DNA of 32,000 bases from Mycolicibacterium smegmatis (GTDB lineage Bacteria > Actinomycetota > Actinomycetes > Mycobacteriales > Mycobacteriaceae): the NCBI RefSeq assembly GCF_001457595.1, contig NZ_LN831039.1, positions 3,450,001-3,482,000 on the forward strand, read 5' to 3'. The notes under the pieces were generated by a model. It saw only the letters and a program-made list of their open reading frames with translations. It did no database searches and was not told the origin of the DNA. A program made the translations under genes and the position numbers. Below are positions 26,326 through 32,000 of the stretch, piece after piece. Within the stretch, counting starts at the first letter, position 1. Each line of letters begins with the position of its first letter.

Positions 26326-27444
26326 GTGAGCGCAAGCTTCGGCGAAGAGGAGTTGTTGATGGACATGGAACGCATCGCTCAACCAATCCAATTGCGCAAG
26401 GTTGAGGTACGAAACCGCATCTGGATGTCACCGATGGCGCAGTATTCCGCTACCAGCGACGGCTGCCTTTCCGAGTGGCATTCGCTGCACTACGGTGCGC
26501 GTGCTGTCGGCGGCGTGGGAATGGTCATGGTCGAGAGTACGGCGATTGGCCCCGATGATCGATGCACTCTCAGGGACCCAGGCATTTGGACTGGGGCACA
26601 GGTTGATTCGCACCGAACAGTAACCGACATCATCCGCCGCGCAGGTGCCGTGCCTGCGATCCAACTACAGGCCGCCGGCCGGAAGTCGTCACATCGCCTA
26701 CCCTGGGAGCGCAGGGGCCAGAACAGCCCCGTCGCCGTCGAGGAGGGCGGTTGGACTCCGCTCGCCCCGTCCGCAATCCCGTTCGGCAACCTCACCGTGC
26801 CCCGGGCATTGACGCGCGCCGAGATCGCGATGACGGTCGATCGCTTCGCCCAAGCGGCGGTCAACGCACACGAAGCGGGATACGACGTGGTCGAGGTGCA
26901 TGCCGCCCACGGCTATCTGCTACACCAATTCCTCTCCCCCCTCGCGAACCAGCGAGTCGACGAGTACGGGGGATCTCTTCAGAACCGCCTGCGGTTCCCG
27001 CTGGCAGTGGCGCGGGCAGTCCGCTCGGCGTTGCCAGCGGACAAGCCAGTGTTCATCCGCATCAGTACAAACGACTGGACAGGTGGGGGGTTTGATTTTG
27101 CTCAGGCCGTCGAGTTCGCCAAGTGTCTGCGAGAGTTGGACATCGACTTGCTCGACGTGACATCGGGCGGGTTACTGGTCGATGCTCCTCCGCCGCCGAG
27201 GCCAGCTCTGAACGTCGAGCCGGCAGACCGCATTCGACAGGATGTGGGAATCCTGGTTGCACCGGTGGGCCAGATCGGCGATCCGAATGTCCTAGAAGAG
27301 GCTATTAGTCGGACTAAGGTGGATGCGGTATTTCTGGGGCGCCCGCTTCTGCGCGACCCGTACCTTGCCCTCCGGTTCCTCCCTGGTGACCCCCATGATC
27401 TATGGCCGACGCAATACCACCGCGCTCTTATTAATCCACGCTGA
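26326..27444 (+). CDS. NADH:flavin oxidoreductase, old yellow enzyme family (YqjM-like)
   Basis: PIQLRKVEVRNRIWMSPMAQYSATSDG, QLQAAGRKSS, HAAHGYLLHQFLSPLANQRVDEYGGSLQNRLRFPLAVARAVR, VFLGRPLLRDPYLA. Confidence 0.93.
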   Translation: MSASFGEEELLMDMERIAQPIQLRKVEVRNRIWMSPMAQYSATSDGCLSEWHSLHYGARAVGGVGMVMVESTAIGPDDRCTLRDPGIWTGAQVDSHRTVTDIIRRAGAVPAIQLQAAGRKSSHRLPWERRGQNSPVAVEEGGWTPLAPSAIPFGNLTVPRALTRAEIAMTVDRFAQAAVNAHEAGYDVVEVHAAHGYLLHQFLSPLANQRVDEYGGSLQNRLRFPLAVARAVRSALPADKPVFIRISTNDWTGGGFDFAQAVEFAKCLRELDIDLLDVTSGGLLVDAPPPPRPALNVEPADRIRQDVGILVAPVGQIGDPNVLEEAISRTKVDAVFLGRPLLRDPYLALRFLPGDPHDLWPTQYHRALINPR

Positions 27445-27806
27445 CGCCGCCGTTGCTATCGGCGGTACCGGATGCTGTTCGGCGGCAACGACTGGTTTGC
27501 TTGGGAACTGAACGAGATGCCAGCCTTCCAGCTTCGTTTTCGAGGGGACAATTCCAGCCCTGACCACTCTTGACGCCGCCGAGTGGGGCGAGCACGGTAC
27601 CGGTCCCCCTTCGAACCGGTGGGTGGCTGCTTACCATCCGGTCTCGAGTCGTGCCATGACGTAGGAGTGATATCGGTGCAGCAGCCGTGCGCGTTTCGGG
27701 TTCGGGTCCGGTTTACTTGAATTTCTCTGTCACAGAAGCTGTTTCATTCGCTGTTTGAATCGCTGGTCATGTGCGCCGCCGCTACTTTCCGCGGCCGGCA
27801 TGACGC

Positions 27807-28289
27807 TCAACCGCGCATGTTCGCGAAGGGAAGTCGTCCGTGGTGCGCGCGGAAGGCGGCAAGCATCTGGGTCTCCAGGGCGGCGGCCTCGGCGTCGGGC
27901 GTGACGCGCCATCCGACAAGCAGGGTGTCGTGGTCGGCGAGTTGCCAGATGCGTCTGCCGCCGGAGTGTCCGACAGGTTGACCCGCTCCGAATCTGCGGA
28001 ACTCATCGAGGCGTTTGCGTAGGTGGCGCTTGCCGCCGGTGCCGGCGTTTGCCTTGCCGATGTAGACAACTCGTTCACCGGGCACCCACATCCTGTCTAG
28101 TTCGGCGACGGTAACCGTAGGGTCTTTGCCTTTGAAGTGTGCGGCGGGCGACTGGGCGAGGAACCGTGGCGACTCGTCGGAGGGGCGCACGATGACATAC
28201 ACCCCTGGATGCACGGGGACGTCCGCAGTGGGCAGGGCGGCGAAGGGAACCCAGCCGCCGAAGCCGCTGAGGTCAACGGCGCCGGTCAT
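27807..28289 (-). CDS. GIY-YIG nuclease-like domain protein
   Basis: GVYVIVRPSD...ERVVYIGKANAGTGGKRHLRKRLDEFRRFGAGQPVGHSGGRRIWQLADHDTLLVGW...LETQMLAAFRAHHGRLPFAN; GVY/YIG core with downstream R and E residues. Confidence 0.65.
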   Translation of the reverse strand: MTGAVDLSGFGGWVPFAALPTADVPVHPGVYVIVRPSDESPRFLAQSPAAHFKGKDPTVTVAELDRMWVPGERVVYIGKANAGTGGKRHLRKRLDEFRRFGAGQPVGHSGGRRIWQLADHDTLLVGWRVTPDAEAAALETQMLAAFRAHHGRLPFANMRG

Positions 28290-28660
28290 GTTGAGGTGCC
28301 GTTGCGGTCGTTGAACCCGTCGATGCAGCCTTTCTCGACCTGCCGCATTCGTGTTTGGTATTTGTTCTCACCGGGGTCTACGGCGGTGAGGGTCCGCCAG
28401 CGGCAGGCGGTCTCGGCGTCGGTGTAGACGACCGATTTCTTGGTGTTGTAGCCGATGTCGTAGCCCTTTTGATACCACTTGTTGTGGGTGTTGGTGTCGC
28501 CGAGCAGGTATGAACCGATTCCGACGACGGCGACGATGCCGGTGACGGCCAGCGCGATTCGTCGGACTCTACGTCGGGGACGTGGGGCCGCGGGGGCGGT
28601 GTAGCCGCTCCAGGCCGGCGCGGGCCAGCCGGGGGTGCCAGCGGCATAGGGGTTAGACAT
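28286..28660 (-). CDS. small single-pass membrane protein, unknown function
   Basis: MSNPYAAGTPGWPAPAWSGYTAPAAPRPRRRVRRIALAVTGIVAVVGIGSYLLGDTNTHNKWYQKGYDIGYNTK...; proline-rich N-terminus plus one TM helix; 4-nt overlap with the downstream GIY-YIG ORF. Confidence 0.65.
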   Translation of the reverse strand: MSNPYAAGTPGWPAPAWSGYTAPAAPRPRRRVRRIALAVTGIVAVVGIGSYLLGDTNTHNKWYQKGYDIGYNTKKSVVYTDAETACRWRTLTAVDPGENKYQTRMRQVEKGCIDGFNDRNGTST

Positions 28661-28677
28661 CCCAGGTGCGTAAGTTG

Positions 28678-29889
28678 TCAAGCGGCGGCAGGTGTGCGGT
28701 GTGCCCAGGCTTTGTGTTCGTCGTAGCGGGTCCGGTGGCGTAGGCAACCGTGCAGGATGCCGACGAGGCGGTTGCCCAGAGCCCGCAGTGCTTGGTGATG
28801 GAGGTCGCCTTCAGCGCGGCGATGGTCGTAGAACTGTCGAGCTCCGGGACTTCGGGTTAGCGCGCAGAAGGCCCACTGGTCGATCGCGTCGTAGAGCCGA
28901 CGGTTGCGGATGTGGCGGGCCAGTACGGCGCGCTTCCTGCCGGACGCAATGGTCAATGGCGAGGTTCCGGCGTAGTTTTTGCGACACTTGGCGTTGGTGT
29001 ATCGGTTCGGGTCGTCCCCGAACTCACCGAGCACCCGGGCGCCGAGGATGACACCAAGTCCTGGCAGGGAGCGGTAGATGTCGGCGTCCGGGTGCGTCTC
29101 AAAATGCGCGGCCAGTTCGTTCTCCAGGTCGTCGATCTGACGACTCAACTCGACGACGAGCCCGACGGTGGCCCGCGTTGTCGCTGCGAACGCCGCGGTG
29201 ACCGCAGCCGGTGCTGCGAGTTGTTCGGATCGTAGTGCGGCCTGGATCTCCTGGGCTCGGATGTCGATGTTGCGTTGGCGCCCAGCAGCTTTGAGTGCGG
29301 AGCGGATCTTGGCCAGGCTCAGGCTGGATGCTTGTCGGGGGTCGGGTGCATGTCCGAGGATCGCCAACGCGTCGCGGTCGGACAGATCGTCGAAGGCCTC
29401 CAGCGCCGCGGGGTAGTACTCGCGTAGTGCCGAGCGCAGTGCGTTGGTGTGCCGGTTGCGGGTCCAGATCAGATTCTGATGCGCCCGCGCGAGGACCTTG
29501 ACCGCTTCGGCGTCGGGTGTGTCGCCGGCGATCAGACGGTGGTTGTGTCGGTCGGTGCGCACTAGATCGGCCAACAGCTTGGCGTCGGCGGCATCGGACT
29601 TGGCTCCCGACACCGCGTGGCGGTCGCGATAGCGGGCCACAGCCAGCGGATTGACCGCGTACACCTGATAACCGGCGCCGGTCAGTGCCTCCACCCACAG
29701 TCCGCGGTCGGTTTCGATTCCGACGGCGACCTGAGCGGGGTCATCGGCGTGGGCCGCGATGAGATCGTGCAGTAGTCGAATTCCGGCCAGCCCCTCGGGC
29801 AGCCGCCGTGAGGCCAGCCTGTCGCCGGCCTCGTTCATCAGGTACAGGTCGTGGTGGTCTTCTGCCCAGTCGTCTCCGACGAAGAGCAT
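28678..29889 (-). CDS. IS110-family transposase
   Basis: FVGDDWAEDHHDLYLMNEAG (RuvC-like DEDD start), AVNPLAVARYRDRHAVSGAKSDAADAKLLADLVRTDRH, LPGLGVILGARVLGEFGDDPNRYTNAKCRKNYAGTSP. Confidence 0.95.
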   Translation of the reverse strand: MLFVGDDWAEDHHDLYLMNEAGDRLASRRLPEGLAGIRLLHDLIAAHADDPAQVAVGIETDRGLWVEALTGAGYQVYAVNPLAVARYRDRHAVSGAKSDAADAKLLADLVRTDRHNHRLIAGDTPDAEAVKVLARAHQNLIWTRNRHTNALRSALREYYPAALEAFDDLSDRDALAILGHAPDPRQASSLSLAKIRSALKAAGRQRNIDIRAQEIQAALRSEQLAAPAAVTAAFAATTRATVGLVVELSRQIDDLENELAAHFETHPDADIYRSLPGLGVILGARVLGEFGDDPNRYTNAKCRKNYAGTSPLTIASGRKRAVLARHIRNRRLYDAIDQWAFCALTRSPGARQFYDHRRAEGDLHHQALRALGNRLVGILHGCLRHRTRYDEHKAWAHRTPAAA

Positions 29890-30137
29890 CGCATCGCCTC
29901 CTTGGCTCGATGTGGATGAAACCGTTCGAGCCGAAGGACATCTGGCGGCGACCTAATGGATCAGTGCTCGAACCGGCACGACATCCCATGAGCGCTGTAG
30001 ATGACCTCACCAACCGGCCGGGGCACGATCTAACCCTAGAAATCGACCATCGTTCCAGGCGGCAGGAGTGCTCACCGGCCAGCGGCTCGGTGATCAGCGT
30101 CCCCGCGCTGGACGGTTATCCGTTCGAGGCACGCCGA

Positions 30138-30260
30138 TCAACACCCATTAGGCGGGTGTGGCTGGCGGTGGTCGGTCCAGCGGTGTCCGTCCCAGTAGCG
30201 TGCTGCGCCGGGGTCGGCGGGGTCGTTGTACCAGCCGGGAGGGACGTAACCGGGAGTCAT
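30138..30260 (-). CDS. orphan DUF2510 domain ORF (40 aa)
   Basis: Reverse complement reads MTPGYVPPGWYNDPADPGAARYWDGHRWTDHRQPHPPNGC*, the W-Y-P-G-RYWDG-WT pattern of DUF2510. It is below the ORF-track length cutoff. Confidence 0.55.
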   Translation of the reverse strand: MTPGYVPPGWYNDPADPGAARYWDGHRWTDHRQPHPPNGC

Positions 30261-30606
30261 GTCTCGAAGCGTAACGTCAGTGGGCGTCGCGTTCGTCCTG
30301 CTCTAGCCTCTCTACTCACAGGTCGACGCACCCTTCGAAGCTGAGGTCGGTCGGGCTGACTCCGTAGCTTTTCATGTGGTGCTCGCCCCCTTCCTGGTAC
30401 TTGCTTTCCCGGGGTTGTTCGATCAGCAGGCCGATGCCCCTGACGGCTCATGGAAGGCCCTCGGCCCGATATCGATCCCACGCCGTACGCGCAGGTCTTC
30501 AGTTGCCGCCACCGACGTTGACCCGCAAGCCCCCATCGCTGTGCGTGGCCGATTTCGGTTGACGCGCCGATATGATCGCGGGATCGGTGTGCAGAGGGGG
30601 CTCTCG

Positions 30607-32000
30607 ATGAACCGCACGGCTGTTCGTGTCGGTCAGGCTACGGCGGCTGGTGCGCTTGTGGCTGCCGGTATCGGACTCGGAGCCTACAACGCCTGGTGGT
30701 TGGCGCTGCTGATCGGGATTCCGGTCCTCGTGGCCGGACTGATCATCGTGCCGCGGCCATCGCAACTGTCCGTGCTTGATGTGTTCGAGAGCGGTGCGCC
30801 GCGAAGGTCAGTGCCGGTTCGTGTCGATGCACTGACCCGCAGCAGCCGCAGCCCCGACGACCTGCAGCCGACGTTGGTGACCGCGACGATAAGCCCACCG
30901 CATGACACCGAGTATCAAGGGCGGTGGATCGTCTCGATGTCTCGCGGTGACTTTGAGGCACTGACCAATGAGCCCGAAACCGCGTTGGCGCCGGACCAAC
31001 TGCCGCCGCGCGAAGCGGTGCCTGCGCCCCAGTTCGACCGTCTGCCCGGCCCACAGTTGCTGAGCTATTCGGCTGTGACCGTCGTGGTGGCTCTGGCGCT
31101 GCTGTTCGGTGTAGGTGACGCCTGGCGCATCTCCCTCGACAGGCCCACGCCGCCCGCACCCGGGGAGGCGCAGACTGCCCCCGGGCACAAGGAAATGAAC
31201 CTCAACGCCCGCCTGCGCGGGATGATCGAGGCGGTCTCCAACCAGTTCGGTCCGGCGGCCGCCAACAATCTGCTCGAACTCCGCTTCACCGGCAGCGGAT
31301 CGGACTACGGCACCGTTCTCGATCCGGCCAACGGTGACACGACAATCGTCTACGTCAACAACGGTGGCGATGCGTTCACCACGCCTTCGGCACAGGTTCT
31401 GCGTAAAGACAGCACGTTCACCGCCGGCGATATCGCATCTGCCGATCTGACCGCCATCACGCGCAAGATGGGCGAGCGGCTCGATTCTGCGGGCGGACAC
31501 GTCGACCTGGACAGCTTAGAAATCGAACGGTCGCGTCCAGGAGGTCCGGTGATACTGACCGGCATCTTCGGCAGCAAGACGGTCAAAGCCCTTCCCGACG
31601 GCACCGTCGGGGAGATCTTCGATCCGGCAGATTTCGCGGTGTCATTCCAGCGAGCACGGGAGTCCCTGACGCTGGCTGGGATCACACCCTCGGATCGGGT
31701 CTTGACGAACTTCGAAATCCGCGGCACCCACCGAGCTACGCCGATCGCGCACGCAAGTGAGCTCCAAACCCGCGGAGGTGTGCTGCTGGAGTTCCAGACC
31801 GAAGACCGGTCTGGTCAGATCGTCATCGTCCCCGGAGAACTGCCCGAGATCACTCAGCAGGCCGGCCACGTCGGGTCTCAGACCTTCTCCTTCAACGACA
31901 TCTCACCGCAAGTCTTCGACTCCGTCCGAGCGCAGGCAATGCAGCGGGGTGATCTCGAACCCTACGAGCGAGAAGCGGTCCACATTTGGATGACTGACCG
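30607..32000 (+). CDS. putative actinobacterial membrane protein with N-terminal and internal TM segments, 3' end outside window
   Basis: Open frame from ATG at 30607: MNRTAVRVGQATAAGALVAAGIGLGAYNAWWLALLIGIPVLVAGLIIVPRPSQLSV...LLSYSAVTVVVALALLFGVGDAWRISLDRPTPP...IVIVPGELPEITQQAGHVGSQTFSFNDI, running off the window. Confidence 0.75.
   Translation, partial: MNRTAVRVGQATAAGALVAAGIGLGAYNAWWLALLIGIPVLVAGLIIVPRPSQLSVLDVFESGAPRRSVPVRVDALTRSSRSPDDLQPTLVTATISPPHDTEYQGRWIVSMSRGDFEALTNEPETALAPDQLPPREAVPAPQFDRLPGPQLLSYSAVTVVVALALLFGVGDAWRISLDRPTPPAPGEAQTAPGHKEMNLNARLRGMIEAVSNQFGPAAANNLLELRFTGSGSDYGTVLDPANGDTTIVYVNNGGDAFTTPSAQVLRKDSTFTAGDIASADLTAITRKMGERLDSAGGHVDLDSLEIERSRPGGPVILTGIFGSKTVKALPDGTVGEIFDPADFAVSFQRARESLTLAGITPSDRVLTNFEIRGTHRATPIAHASELQTRGGVLLEFQTEDRSGQIVIVPGELPEITQQAGHVGSQTFSFNDISPQVFDSVRAQAMQRGDLEPYEREAVHIWMTD

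Noticed and set aside
29099-29698. 199-aa minus-strand ORF within the IS110 transposase
   Set aside because: Alternative frame of the IS110-family transposase gene.

Overview
High-GC actinobacterial DNA (Mycolicibacterium/Rhodococcus/Gordonia-like). Three parts can be read. (1) 1-10.3 kb is a fairly ordinary chromosomal block: TrpB-like enzyme (partial), DUF1206 membrane protein, a small conserved CDS, hemerythrin-domain protein, ROK regulator divergent from an MFS exporter, a proline-rich repeat lipoprotein, a dihydrodipicolinate-reductase-like NAD(P)-binding protein, and an MFS transporter plus FAD monooxygenase pair divergent from a TetR regulator. (2) 10.3-23.9 kb is a mobile-element graveyard: a LysR remnant, a 3'-truncated IS3-family copy with an IS1380-family element nested in it, a 5'-truncated GCS2/carboxylate-amine-ligase-like sequence in frame with a DUF5994 domain, a second DUF5994 paralogue, and a TnsB(tail)-TniB-TniQ transposition module. 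tniB is split by an IS256-family element with a 9-bp target duplication. An intact second copy of the IS3-family element lies in inverted orientation, followed by a frameshifted CapA-like remnant. (3) 24-32 kb holds an IclR regulator with an alpha/beta hydrolase, a C45 acyltransferase remnant and an old-yellow-enzyme oxidoreductase, then a GIY-YIG-like protein, a small membrane protein, an IS110-family element and a large partial membrane-protein gene. The most testable observations are the nested/inverted IS architecture with reconstructable insertion sites, the dismantled Tn7/Tn5053-like module, the GCS2-DUF5994 arrangement, and a family of putative IclR operators in front of iclR and the OYE gene. 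I did not find a clearly intact, undescribed defence or mobile system. All family assignments are from recognised sequence motifs without database searches.
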